From: Klebsormidium nitens
Taxonomy: Eukaryota > Plantae > Klebsormidiophyceae
Direction of reading: 5' to 3'
Length of the DNA stretch: 64,000 nucleotides
Assembly (NCBI GenBank): GCA_000708835.1
Contig: DF237418.1
Location: 9,340 to 73,339 of the forward strand
Position 1 is the first letter of the stretch; the number at the start of each line of letters is the position of its first letter. Below, one piece after another: positions 49,601 to 62,348 of the stretch. The position numbers and the translations under genes were made by a program. Below the pieces are notes generated by a model. The model saw only the letters and a list, made by a program, of their open reading frames with translations, did not search any database and had not been told where the DNA came from.

Positions 49601-51525
49601 ACCGGGACTGCAAAGGCTAGTTCTCAGGTTGCTTCATTTGTTTCGTCATTTATTCCGCTTTGCCGAAGCACATAGAGAACAGCGGTTTAGGTCGGACATT
49701 TGCGACGAAATGTTCTAGAAGAACTCAGGCTTTCCTATGCTTTTAAAAGGGCAAACCTTTTCAGGTGACATGAGAGCTTAGCAGTACTCTTCTCTGTATG
49801 CAGGAGCGAGCGGAAAACGGCGCCGAAGGCGAGAACATCCGCAAAGCCATCGCGTTCCTTAAGGAGACCGACGGTCTCCTCAAGATCGAGGACATCTTGC
49901 CGTTCTTCCCGGATTTTGCGCTGATCGACGACTTCAAAGAGGCGATCTGCGCGTCGTTGGAAGAGTACAACCGTCAGATCGAGGATTTAAAAGCGGAGAT
50001 GAACGAGGCGACGCGGGGGGCGGACAACATCCGGCGGGACATAGCGGCGCTCGCGCAGCGGTGAGACTGTCATTGTTGCGATGTTTTCAACTGGTTTTGC
50101 TGCTCTTGGCCCTTTGACTTGTCAGATTTCCACTTTCTTCCGATCGGTGGCCGGCAGAACAAATACTTGGAAGCGGAGATGAACGAGGAGGCGTGGAGAG
50201 CGGACAACATCTAGCCGAATATTGCCCTCTGGTCTATCTATGAGTCTCATCAGCCTTCTGTACCGCTGCGTGACACCAAAAATGTCCCCTTACGAGATCT
50301 GATCGGAAAGCATTTCGACCTAACACTTTGTGCTACTCATCCGGCAAAGGATGGGGACCAACCGTTCACCAACTTCTTCGACAGTCTTTGCCTTAGTCCC
50401 CAGCGCCTGAACAGGCTGATCTGCCATGAGGCAGTGCAAGTCTTGCAAGAATGATAACAGCTCTGCAAGGAAAGTCCAAGATGGAATCGAGAACTGTCTC
50501 TATTCTACAAATTGCTGTTTCCTTAAAGGCGTTTTCTCCCCCCCAAAACAGGTACGCCGTGGTCAACCGTGACGAACCGTGCGGCATCTGCGGGAAGCCC
50601 ATCCTTGGCGTTTTCGCTCCGGGGGGGTCACGTGCCCCCTCTCGGGAGGCTGCAGCGGCGGCCCCCTTTTACGTCTTCCCCTGCGAACACGCGTTCCATG
50701 CGGACTGCCTGACGCAACACGTCATGGAGAACGCCCGGAGCGGCCAGGTAAGCTGACGTCATTGCCTCGTCGTGTGACACAGGTAGCCACGTCAGCCAGT
50801 CGCCAGGATCTGGCCACTACGTTTATTTCGCTTTCCGATTTGATCGCTTCTGCTCCACTGTAATTTGTTGAGATGGTCCTTTCAAGTGACGTGTTCGTAC
50901 TGTTCATCTTTGGTAGAATGTGGCCATTATCCCTTCTGATTTCTGTACGTCGAAGATGTCGGTACATCTTCTCGACCTTTTGCTCACACGCCCACAGGAG
51001 CGGATTAGGGAAGCACGCTTTGCGCAGCAGGGTGCCGACAAGAGTGCTGAAGCGTTCAAACGCTGCTCCCTATCTTTTCATATTGCGAGTCCACGCGGCA
51101 GACCTTATTTGTCAATCGATCTCAAGCGAAGGTTCGTCCGTTCCTCCGGCAATCGACGGTGTTTACTTCAGAAAGCGTCGTCACTTGTCAAATGAATTTT
51201 CGGTCTTTTGCAGAGGGACCACATAGTCGCCCTCCGGCGGCAGCTCGCTTCCCTTGCCGCCCAGTCGGAAGGAATTCGTTCCGGTCCTGCCTCGCCGGAC
51301 AAGAACGGCGCCGCTGACGTCAGCAGCAGCAGCGACCAGCAGCCGTCGATCGAGAAAGTGCGGACGGCTCTTGATGACGCGGTCGCGGGGGAGTGCCCGT
51401 TTTGCGGGGAGCTTATGGTGCAGGCGATTAGTGAGCCGTTCGTGGGGGAGGACGAGTATGAGCTCGCGCGGTCATGGGAGATTCGGAGAGATCCGTATGC
51501 ACGCAGCACTGGTTTTGTGACTTGA
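37674..51525 (+). CDS. VPS18: Vacuolar protein sorting 18 (HOPS/CORVET subunit); exons 37674-37763, 38367-38562, 39201-39419, 39756-39895, 40577-40672, 41133-41299, 41736-41877, 42407-42550, 43342-43518, 44614-44781, 45371-45664, 46321-46451, 47424-47529, 48157-48345, 48920-49021, 49804-50060, 50552-50747, 51214-51525
   Basis: VGTSKGWLIRHDFG, EEKDKREKYVKLLYEL, QITMVATWCTELYLDKINRLLL, FYDPKFALRLCL, IRKAIAFLKETDGLLKIEDILPFFPDFALIDDFKEAIC, FYVFPCEHAFHADCL and ECPFCGELM match plant VPS18. The start context is GCCACCATG. Intron 2 needs a GC donor. Confidence 0.97.
47320..47405 (+). repeat. Three ~27-29-bp degenerate tandem units (ACCGTT(G/A)ATCT...) in VPS18 intron 12
   Basis: ACCGTTGATCTCCAAAAGC..., ACCGTTGATCTTCAGGGCCTCTAAGATC, ACCGTTAATCTCCCAGAGGCTCTAAGATC. 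Confidence 0.7.
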
Positions 51526-53511
51526 GTTCTATAATTCGGTTAGAGGTGACTCCCGTTTCGACACTGCCATAAACACTCCATGCTTTGGGCATGGCGCCAG
51601 TGCTTATCGCTAAGGATGAGATTTCTAGGTAAACTTGTGGGACACTTTCGGCACCAGTCGGCCGATGGATAAAGTGGCTAGCAGCCGCGAATCTTCCAAT
51701 CGACTGCAAATCAGCAGAAGCGGAGACTGCATGGTATAGATGCATTTAGCAACCGCTGCGCGATAGTGGATGCTCAATCTGCCGCCACGTAGCTAATGCG
51801 TAAACCAAGCATTGGCGCGGTGTGCTCATGCCTCACACACGGGGCTCCCCTGAATATGTGATCGACGTCGGGTACTACATTGGCCTCATGTTACATTCAC
51901 AGATCGATGCGTGTGCTTGCTGTTACGTACTGGGTATTAATGGCTTGGTGTATACTGCAGCCGCCCAGCAAACGAACGAGAATTAGCAGCTAGATGTTCG
52001 AGTCCTACGTGACGCAATGAAGTTGACAAGAGCGTCGTGCAATAACACTGACTGAGCGTTGCATGCTCGCTGGTATGATGAGCTGTATTCGTTCAGCGCG
52101 ATCAGCAAAATATTAGGACGAGCCTTAAGGCCGTATTCCATCTAGCTGCGCCGCCATAGGCGGCCGGGCAATCGACATCTACTAAAATTGCCTCCTTCGT
52201 TACACCAGACTGATTCTTCGCGATGCACAACCGGATACATGTTGCGTGGCGTCAAACTCGTGGGAGGAGGCTGCGGTCGGCATCTGCATGGGACCGGACG
52301 TATAGAATCCGCCTCCCATGCAAACAGGCGGACCGCAGACCCGCTCCGATGGCCGAAACGCTGTCACAGCCGTCCGATCTTCAGCTAATGAAGCCAGTCT
52401 GAGAGTGCAATTTGGGCTTTAGCTGTGAACACCTAGGACCTTCCACGTGATCAGGACCTCTTGTATGGATTTTGGCGGAGCGATCTGAACCGTACAATCC
52501 GTTAACGTTAACAAGATGGACGCTGGTGACAGCAAAGAGGCTTGTCCCCCAGCCATTTCTCAGATCTGCAGACCGCCTGCAAAGCGACGCTTTTATACGC
52601 CTTCTGCCATCACTGTAGCGCAATGGATTGGCTGTACGAATAAGCTGCCGCATCTGCTTGCCAAAATGGAAGAGGCAAGCCAATGTATCTCGCTCGGCTC
52701 AGGCTTGGCTTGGGGGCGAACGCGCGTGCCACACTCGGAACGCTCCTTGATCTGCTTCCGGCCTGCCACCCTTTCAGCACCAAGCTTCGGCACTGCGGCA
52801 CGGTAGCTTCTACCGAAACCCCAAACAGTGCAGGCACCGGCTCGAGCTTGCGTGGCATTGCGGCTCTTGATCATCTCCCAGGTGAGATTGTCCCTTTTTG
52901 TATTGCTCAATTCCTCGGGGGCCCAGGTTTGGCGCAGTGATAAGCTGCGAGAATATGTGGTTGCGGCGCGTATCTTTAAAATCATATCGATTGCAAAATC
53001 GCGCCAATGTGACGATATAAGATAGCCGATCCCCGGTCAGCTCGCGCCGATTCTCTGAAATGGTCCCGGCCTTCGAAAGGCCCCGGGTTCAACGCCCCTG
53101 GTCAGACCGACAGTATCGATTCGAAAAGGTTCGAGCATGAGTGGTGAAAATCTGACACTTCTTCAAAGGTGCTTAGGAGGATACCGTGCTGACACAGCAT
53201 ATTCTGCTTTTCAAAGCAGAACTTTGTCGGAGTTTTGTTTGGCTGCCGGCAGCGCAGTTACGTCAACTGCTCAGCTTTCCTTCTCTGCTCCCATCTTCTC
53301 CTCCACACAAGCCTCAGCCTTGAGTTTGAGGACAGGATCAGGATAGATCACTCTGAGAGACGCTCTTTTCAGCAGCTGTCAACGCATGAGAGGCAGGATT
53401 CCAGCTTTGAGCCAAACCTGAGTATCGTGCTAGGCTGCAGGAACGGACTGGTGATATTTAAGACGCAGATTGGGTATTCTTTCCAGAGACAGGTCACAAA
53501 CAGAAAGGAAC

Positions 53512-54507
53512 ATGGGGATTACAACGTTCGAAGGTCTAAATAATGACGTTGTCTGCCTCATCCTGGACAAGACGCTGAAGCCATATCCTCCTGGCATTGA
53601 TAGTGAAACGATTGCAAGATTTGCATGCGTTTCATCTCGCTACGCAAATCTGGTGAAGGAGCGCGGCTGGGAGCGCGCATGCAGGAATGCGCTGCCAGAT
53701 GTGTGTGAGATCCTGCTGAGGGGAGACAAGGAGAGCCCGGGAGATGCAGGTTGGGACTGCTTTGCAAAGCTGCTGACTAGGTGCCCTGGCTATCAAAGCA
53801 AGATGGTGAACCAAGTGATGATCAAGAACCACATACCCGAAGGTCTAGACTTCCTTGACATCACAAGGCGCCAGGGCTTCAGTGGACGAACCAGGGCCCT
53901 CGATACCTTCGATATTGCTCTGGAGAGTCACGTTTGCGACGGCTGGCTTCCTATTGTGCCTCTGAGAGCCACTTTGGAAGCAGGAGATACCATTCTGCCA
54001 GGTCTGATCCGCAACAAGAGTCCGTTCTTCCTGCTCAGCAACTATGAAAGTGGCTCCTGTCATGTTGTCCAAAGCACGTACACGGAATGGATTACACAGC
54101 GTGCGACATGGAACGTCTGGGAAGCGGTCCCCAAAGCACAGAGAGATGTAACGTTTCCGCTACAGGATACAAACGTTGCGATAGCAAAGGTCTACCGAGG
54201 CATGGTAGCTGACGTCAGCGCCCTCGCTCCTGGCTTTGCGCACAAACGGGGCGACAAAACAATCTGCGAAGACGAGCCGGCTGCTTTGAATGTCGACCGC
54301 AAGGCAGCACTGAAGATGCCAGCAGCAAAACAGTGCCCCTTTTGTGCAAAGCCGATGCAGCGCATCTCGTCCCGCTTCCACAGCGAAAGCTTTCGCGATT
54401 CGTTTGGCGCAGCATACGCAGAATTCCACATCTGCTCTTCTGGACACGTCTACGGAATGAGTGCGGTGAAGGTCTACCCCAGCAGGAGAACCGACGCCTC
54501 CGATTAA
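53512..54507 (+). CDS. Intronless F-box protein, EID1-like family (331 aa from ATG 53512)
   Basis: N-terminal F-box (LNNDVVCLILDK...IARFACVSSRYANLV), WERACRNALPDVC...GWDCFAKLL.RCPG, and C-terminal CPFC...FHICSSGHVYG resemble the EID1/EDL architecture as recalled. Confidence 0.8.
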   Translation: MGITTFEGLNNDVVCLILDKTLKPYPPGIDSETIARFACVSSRYANLVKERGWERACRNALPDVCEILLRGDKESPGDAGWDCFAKLLTRCPGYQSKMVNQVMIKNHIPEGLDFLDITRRQGFSGRTRALDTFDIALESHVCDGWLPIVPLRATLEAGDTILPGLIRNKSPFFLLSNYESGSCHVVQSTYTEWITQRATWNVWEAVPKAQRDVTFPLQDTNVAIAKVYRGMVADVSALAPGFAHKRGDKTICEDEPAALNVDRKAALKMPAAKQCPFCAKPMQRISSRFHSESFRDSFGAAYAEFHICSSGHVYGMSAVKVYPSRRTDASD

Positions 54508-55938
54508 AAATGTTGCGACGAAGGTAAGAGATTGTCTCGTGCTGTTGGTAGAGATGATACTTCAGAAGAACGCTTACGTAAGAGGTCCCAGTTCTGCCAC
54601 GGCCCCGACTCTTCCGGAGCTTTCCACCTGTAAGGATAGAGATACGTGTTCTAGCTTGACCAAGTCATCTACTGATGCATCTGAGATTTTAAACGAGTTT
54701 GAAGCCTAGATGTAATTTCAAAATCTAGGTGCCAGGGAAAGACACCTAATTAGTGATACAATTGTTTGGTACTTCAGCTCCACAGACTGGTTCCTTAGTT
54801 CCCCAAAACACATTGCAAGTACAGACGTTGTCAAATTATCCAGCTAATGAGTCTTCACCGGAAACGGGTTGACTCCTGGCGAAATTGTGGTCTCCTTTCA
54901 CCGTTCAGAAAGTTCGCGTTTGCATTAAGTCGAAGACGTGCATCTCAGGGAGCATGTGCTTTGCGGCCTAGCTGTAATCCGAATGATTCTGTTTCAACGT
55001 GCCCGCTCCTCATGGTACCACGTTTTGACAGCTTCGTCCTTGACGAGTTTCGGTCCCAGCGGATCACGGTAAATATTCTTTCAATCTCCGTTTGCGTCCA
55101 GCGTGCCAGTGCCAGATTTACAGCATGTCAATTGCACGTTCAGCATCACCTTTTGAGAAACGCATAGGTAGGACAAACCTGGATACTGACAGCATGCTTG
55201 ATGCATCACAACTGACTGAATTATCAGTTACGAGCATGCCGTATGAAACAATGTTTGTCATGTCGGGCCACATATGTATGCATGAAAGGTTCTACTTTTG
55301 ATGACAACTTAACAATTGTTTGTCCGAGAATCTGAGCATGCTTGCCAGACGGTGAGGACAGATGAACTCAGTGCACTTACATTCCAAACCTGCTTTAGAA
55401 CGTGTGCCGGCCTACGCGTACGCAAACACAAGGAGTGGTGGCCGGCCACTTTATAGCGCCCTTGTTGAATTCCTTAAAGAGCCTGCAGCACATGCATGGG
55501 ATCGCATGCAATGGATACGAATTTGCTTCAAGTTGCAAGGTCATTTTCGCATGCACAACGATTCAACCATCGAACTTCATGCGTGCATCGTAGTATTAAG
55601 CCAGCACAACATGCTCGTGACGGTCCATCGTGTCGGAGACTCAAAGAGAAGGAACCGACCCGGTGTGACGGTTAAATCCTGCATCATGTACCGTTTCTAA
55701 GGACCTTAAGAAAGGATCCAATCTCATCATACAAGGCTATACAAAAGGTAGCTGCTGTAGGATCGATCGCAACGCAAACTGCATCCAGACACTGATTGCA
55801 CCATGAGTCATGGGGTTGCCAACTGCGCTACATTGGACTTAGATGCAAGTCAGAAAATTGCCAAATACGCATCTGGTTCTTGTGTATGTCCAAGACTTGG
55901 ATCAATACAAGCTTCCGAAGCCAGGTTTAGGCGGTAAA

Positions 55939-58900
55939 TCATGTATGGACACTTTGAGCGAGCTCGTCGACGTCATCGGGCAGTCCATCGTCGTCTAGTG
56001 CATCATCGTCAGGTAAGTCATCTAGATCTATCTCCTCAGGATTGGCGGTAGAGACTCCTGGAGGGAAAAAGAAAGAAAATTTGGAAAACATGATACTGCT
56101 AAGTAGAGATGCTCTAAGATGGGATGCTAACAGGAGATGCTAGAGGTTGGACGAGAAGCAAAAGCGAAGTGTAAGAGAAAACCAAAATGCGGAGAAACAG
56201 GCTGGAGACACGTTGTGAAACGGCCCACAAACCAAGACGAGATGCGCCCGAAAGAGCGTTCTTTGCAAGCTGACCGCGTTTGAGACGGCTCGAACCCAAA
56301 AAGTCGTTATTTCATCGTCATCTGGGGATCAATTACGGCAGAATGAATCACAAGCGTGCGACGGGAGCGTAACTCGTATCAAGAGAGTGTTCCCGAGCCA
56401 TGCTCACCTGTTTGTTGCGGCTCCACGCTCGTTTCTCGGAATCCAGAAGGGGGCGCCGCATGGTCCAGTCGGTAGGGCAACTCGAGCATCCGGAGAAAGG
56501 CTTCCGTTTGGGGGTTCCTAAGGTGACCTGCCAGCGAATGCAGGTTGGGCGGCGGAATTCAGAACGGACGGTGGAAAGATTGGAAGACATTGAAAGCTTG
56601 TTGACGGGGCTCGAGGATTATGGAGGCATTTTAAAATTCTTTGCAGTCGTGCAGGGAAGGATTCCAATTGCTTTGACGTTGACAATTGGGCTGAAAGTCA
56701 CGCAAAGCACATCTGAGCATCTCCAGAGGCGGCCGACACAAACTTGGTCAAGAGCGGTTTCTACGAAGCAATCCAGTCCTGTGGTCGGCGACTTGAGATG
56801 CAGATACCGCAGAATCCAGCGGGTTAAAAGAGACACGGCGCTCGACAACCTGAGTCACAGGCTGGAGAATAGCAATACAGAAGCAGGTACAACGCGGTTT
56901 CGATGCACCCACGAAGTAGGTTGGACGAGAATTCAATGCAGGTAAGAAGCCGATTAACGCACGCGAAACCCGGTGAAACGCAGGTAAGAGGCAGGTTAAC
57001 GCAGGCGAAAATTGGGTAAAGCGCAGGCGTGCAGGCCAGACACGGGTTAGGTGCGGTTCAAAAGCAGCACTGTGCTAACTTGGATATAACCGGCCGCACC
57101 TGCGGGCCCAAAATGCCGACTCCGGTTCAGCGGATCGTGCACCGGAGCCGTCACCTCGAAGTTGAGCGGAACAGTCCGGCCCCGCGTTTCTAGCGTGCGC
57201 TCCACCCATTTCCGGGATGCCGTCAGGTCTAAAGGGGGCCGCCTGCAGCAGAATATGGATACTGTGTGTGCGTCTTCGGAGTTTCGCCAGAGGGATCCCT
57301 CTGCAGCAGAGTAGGGGCCTTGATCATACGAGCAGCCCACGCCGATGCAGACGGGAATCATCCACTCCAATAAGCGTGACTATGGAGCATGACAACGGTC
57401 ATATCTAAATTCAATACCGTATACTCAGTACTGACGTGTCTTATCCGACCCGTTTCTCTGTACCAACCCAGGAACGTCACTTCAAATCTAGGCCAACCCA
57501 CGAGTGGGCACGAAGCTCGGACAGAATGTTTAATGCGAAAGCAAAATTATTCAGCAGAAACCTTCGTCAACCATTGGATACGCTTCTCTTCTCTTTCAAG
57601 TACGATTCTTTCATAGAGGATTAAGCCATGCCCGTTTCAGTTGACCCACACCCCAATCAACAGAAACATAGGGACACGCAATCTCTTCAAAAAAATATAA
57701 GAGCGGAAGCAACATGGTCATTGCATCCAAGCGGTCCAAGAGTGCGTCGCTCAAACTTTCTTCGGTGGCGTTCACCAATTTAGACCAATTATCCGCTCTG
57801 CAGCGTTACAGAAACCTTCCGGGCAGAGAAAGAGGGGCGCGCAAAGTCGGAGAGCAGTGTAGACTCACGGTGGTCGGAAGGGGGCTTTACTCAGCGGCAA
57901 ATGTGCGTCGTACGACCTCGTGATCGCCAGCCATTCGGGGTCGTACTCGAAGCGGAGCGGGCCTTTCGTTTCGACGTCGATAATCTGCAGCAATCGTTTG
58001 AAAACCCATGAGCTTATTTCTTGAAAAGGGCGTAACGGCTGAGTCAGCACGCAACGACGGGGCAGCACAACCTGGGGCTTGAGCGTCGCCACGACGAAAA
58101 GGTTACAGTGGGATTCTAAGCGACCCGCAAACAGTCTCCTGGTTGTCGAAGTGACTCTCTGACGTCATTTCAGACGCATCTGAGTACGCCCACTTAGGCT
58201 GAGTCGTGTGTGAAGGTAAGTTTGTCAAACACGTTCATTCTCAGCTTCCCCGGGTTAGGGGAGCTTGAATTCGACTGACCTGGCTGATTCGGAGATGTTG
58301 CTAGAGATTTACAGGTCTGACCGCAGCTTCTCGTTGAAAATCTGGTCAGAACGGTCCTGTGATTCCGAATGCATCCTACCCTACGAAACCCCTAGGCGCC
58401 TTCGAACCCGACAAATAAGTTTCTGAAGCTACGGGTGCCTCTTTCGGAACGCTTCACCCTCTTGGAGTTAGACAGATCGAACGTCAAACTGAACTAAAAG
58501 GGCGAGGGATATGGACATGGATGATATCCTTGCCTGAAGGAAGCGGTGGTTAGGGAGCGGTTTGTCGAGCGCGAGGAAGCGCGTCGATTGGCCGTTCTTG
58601 TGGGGAACTAGAGCGGCGAACTTGCAGTGGAGGTGGGCGGCGAACCAGTACGTGGGCTGCAGCGCGTGCAAGAGCTCCTCCCCGGGGGGACTTCCGAGCG
58701 TGTTGCTCTCTACCTGTGGAAACGGCCCTGGGTTTATTTCAGCAAGACAAATGAATGGCCAAGGGTCTGCAAAACAAGAGCCTTTGGGGTCTTTCAAACC
58801 CCCGCAAGGCACGTCTGACAAGGAAACTACCTCCCTTTGACGCCGTCAGCAATGATTTAAAGGAATGTTTAGGATCGAAGCTAATGCCGTGTCTTCAAAA

Positions 58901-61559
58901 GCGCCAGATTAACACAGAAACGCTCGTCTTGATGCCAGAAGCCATCTCAAGTTCTACCAATGACTACTACTACTGAACTTCATTAGATTACGAAAGTCTC
59001 ACCTCTTGTCTAAAATAAGGCTTGTATCGCAGCAACCCCTCCTTGTCCCCGTAGTTCGCGATCCCCCGCGGCCAGTCGTGCGACACGAACACGTCCAACG
59101 GCTCCCGTATCCGCTTCAGCTTATGCACCTCATACTCTCTGACATGGTACACCGACTTCATGTCGGACGGATTGTACGGCGGACGCTCGTAATGCCCCGT
59201 CCGAAAATCGTGGTGCTTGAAGATGCCGGACAGCCCGCCGATGCGGATGCCGCCGAAGGTGACCACGCCCGCGAAGCCGAGGAAGAAGATGTCGGGAGCG
59301 GCCCAACCGCCGTAGTAACTGTGCGGAGGTTCGCGAAGTAGGTTAGGAGTGGGTTAAGAAAGGTTAGGGACGGAGTCGAGCCGGCTTGAATATGCTGGGG
59401 GAACATGGAGCGCCGTAACTGTTGGTGACAAGTGAGGAGTCAAGAAGAGCTTAGAGGCTGGGCTCGAAAAGATTATGACTGAATTAGGCTGACTCGAAGG
59501 CGACCCGCCGTAGGAGTTCCAGAGCTGCGTGGGTTACAAAGGGTTGCAAAGGTGACGACTCGGTTACTACTTAGACGAGGTCCGGACGTTTTGACGTTCT
59601 AGGCCGGAGTGCCTGGATGAAAGTCGCCAGGGGCTCTTCTCATACAAGATCTTTCATCACAAAGGGCTGATCATCTGAGGATTGAGCTCGGATTGTCGCA
59701 CACAACTAAAACAAAGGTTACAAAGCCGGGTCCGAAGTTCAGCACTATGCAGATCAGGCACATTCTCTCCAGAAATGAGCCAATTCACACTCACAGCTCC
59801 CAGAGATAGTTGGACGCCTCGTGGTTTCCGCCGACAAAGACCGTGGGAATGGGCACCTTCTCCGCGCCCGAGTAGTACTTCCAGAACGTGTTCATTGCCC
59901 GGAACTTGGGCGGGCACGCCAGGGACTCCAGGTCCTGCTCATTGCGAACCGCCTGCAAAGACGACGTTCGTCATTGTCATTGAAATGTTGGCATCCTCGT
60001 TTCATTGTGCTCCTGTCTTATAGCAAGCCTTCCTCGACTTCAGGTCTTCTGGTTTTGAATGCAAGTACCTGGAAGCACACACTGAGGGTTGGTTGTCTCA
60101 GGAACTTATCATCATAAATGTCATGTGCTCCGATCTTCAGAGCGCTATCGTTATAAGCTCAACTCTTACAAAAGTAGCCTCAAGATGCTGACAGTTTCAG
60201 CCTGCGCACCGAACAGGCTGTGCATTAAGGACGGCACTGAAAGAAGAGTGCAGGCTAAAGAGCTCTCATCTGGAGCGATTTTTTCAAGTCACAGCGCTGC
60301 TTTCATCGACAATCTGTGCTCCAAGACGTCCAAGCCAGGTAGTCCCAATGGAGTTCCTGTCTTCAAGCAGCAAACGACCACTTTGTCCCACACGTTTGGT
60401 TTCTTAAGATCATGTTGACTGGGGCACGAAGATCATATTAAATGGGGCATTTTGATTGGGCCAAAAGTATACCTGAAAGTCGCCGCAACAGATAAGAAGG
60501 TCGATCTTGGTGTTCTGGACCCGTTCTAGATGCTGCAGTGTTGCGTAGATGTTGTCAAGGTCTCCATGGGCACATCCTTCCACTGCGATCTGCGGGAGGA
60601 TATGAAGCATTTTGCATTAGGACTAATCGTTGTGACCGAACGATCATACATATTGATCTGACTCTGACCAACATGATCTAAGGAGAGCAGTTTGAGTATT
60701 AATCAAATGCGTTCCATGAAAGAGAGAGGGCTTCTCCCAACACAGATGTTAGGGCCAGTATGGATGTATGTTTGAGATGAACTGCGGGAGTCTCAACGTC
60801 AACCTGAAAATAAGTGCTGTTGACACTTTGCCCACTTCCACTCGTCGATGCTTCCAAGCCCATTTCAAATGGCTCAAGGATTCTGCAAAACGGCCTTTCT
60901 AGACAAGGGGGGAAAATCTGAAGCAATTGGTGTGGCGCAGCAACTCACACACAATTCACGATCAAAGGGATTCTGGGGCCTATTTCAAAAGTTTGTGGCT
61001 GATTGAACAATTGTGGTCTACATCATATTGGTTTATGAAGAACTTAGACCAAATTGCGAATCCTTCGTGGAATGTAGTCCCAGACAATACAAACAAAGTG
61101 GGCATAAATATACCATCCACCGGCCAAGTGTCACTTCCCCCTGCCCCACACCCCTCCATAGCAAGGGCGTAAAAGCTTTGTCTGACTGAGTCAGCTTTGC
61201 AGTTTCAGTGGTGACACTGGAGAAAGTAGCACTGCGCTTTGCTATCAGAAGCTCGTCAGCACGACTCGATCTGGCTGAGTAGCGAGTGCCACCACCAGAT
61301 TATAAAAGCAAGGGGTGCAAAATAACTTCCAAGAAGGAGAAGCGAACCAGCGAACTCATCGTCGAGATGTGTACTATAATCCTTCGGCTGTGGTGTCCCT
61401 TTCCTTCAAAGCATCCGTACGATATGCATCTAGGCAGACACCCCTCTGCCAATGTCATTTAGGCCAACTGTGGCAAGGAGCTTGAGGCAAGGAGCTTGAG
61501 CAGAGTAGAAGACATTTGATTGAAGAAATCACTGCGTAAGCGATCAAACTTACCTTCAT
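55939..61559 (-). CDS. DBR1: Lariat debranching enzyme; exons 61559-61554, 60589-60473, 59952-59795, 59318-59003, 58713-58534, 57984-57869, 57242-57100, 56527-56408, 56057-55939
   Basis: MK|[109 protein letters not shown] and NPEEIDLDD are DBR1 hallmarks. Phases are consistent; intron 5 has a GC donor. Confidence 0.96.
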
Positions 61560-62348
61560 TTCGTGCGCCGTTTTCTAACGCCCTTTTCCAGGCGTCGCTC
61601 TTAGAGCGCAAAGTGGTATGGTGGTATGGTGGTATGCCCTCGAGCAACTTGAAATTTCAATTATGAGGCACGTTCAAGCGCTGGTGCCAGCAGATTGTGG
61701 CGAACACTGGCTTGAGCAGCTCAAGGCCGTTTCAACTCTCCTCTTCATTGCACGAGGCTTCAGGTTCGCTGGTTCAGCTAGCTCAGGCTATCCCTTCTTC
61801 TTCCTTATCAGGATCTTCTGGCGGCTTGGCAGGATAAATTGCTTCATGGCTGATTTATGCGAAGCCGAACTCATAAGCGGTTGCCACTCTGATGCAATTT
61901 GTTTGGCTTGTCTGGTACGAATGATATAGTAGACTCTGTGACCGCAAGTGAAGGCGACTTTGATCCCGTTTCCTGGGCCCGTATGTGAGAAATGAAGACG
62001 TCATATGAAGCACCTGTGCTCGATCAAAAAGCAAAGGTGAAGTCGATTGTACATTCTGAAAAGCGTGCAGCTGTGCTGTTTGCAGAGACCGCTAGGGCGT
62101 CTTCAATCTTGTTCATAGAAGTTTGAATCAAAGCCCAGCTTACTGCGATTGAGAGCGTGATGCTCTCGGAAGCCTCTTTTGATCTTATACAAGAGCAGTG
62201 CTTTTCAGGAGGCCAGAGACGCGATTGCATCTGAGGCGCTTCGTAATTTCATCCATCTCGCCTCATTAAGTGTTATTTGCACGTCGGTGGCTTTGATTGG
62301 TCAAATTGCGCCAGTGCTATCAGAAGCTGCTGTAAGTGAATTTTCTTC

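Noticed and set aside
52381-52985. Overlapping ORFs upstream of the F-box gene
   Set aside because: No frame gave a recognisable protein or a consistent exon chain.
53030-53115. tRNA-like segment: hairpin GGCC-TTCGAAA-GGCC followed by B-box-like GGTTCAACGCC
   Set aside because: No room for a variable loop between the putative anticodon and T arms, an imperfect T stem, and no convincing D arm or acceptor stem. tRNAscan-SE would settle it.
56400-56945. 181-aa plus-strand ORF
   Set aside because: Antisense to DBR1 exon 8 and intron 7, with no independent coding signal.
57080-57100. Alternative DBR1 exon-7 donor CAA|GTTAGC at 57080
   Set aside because: It gives phase 0, incompatible with the phase-1 next exon ([11 protein letters not shown]). 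The donor at 57100 fits.
60590-61553. Intronic snoRNA in DBR1 intron 1
   Set aside because: No convincing C/D or H/ACA box arrangement was seen on the transcribed strand.
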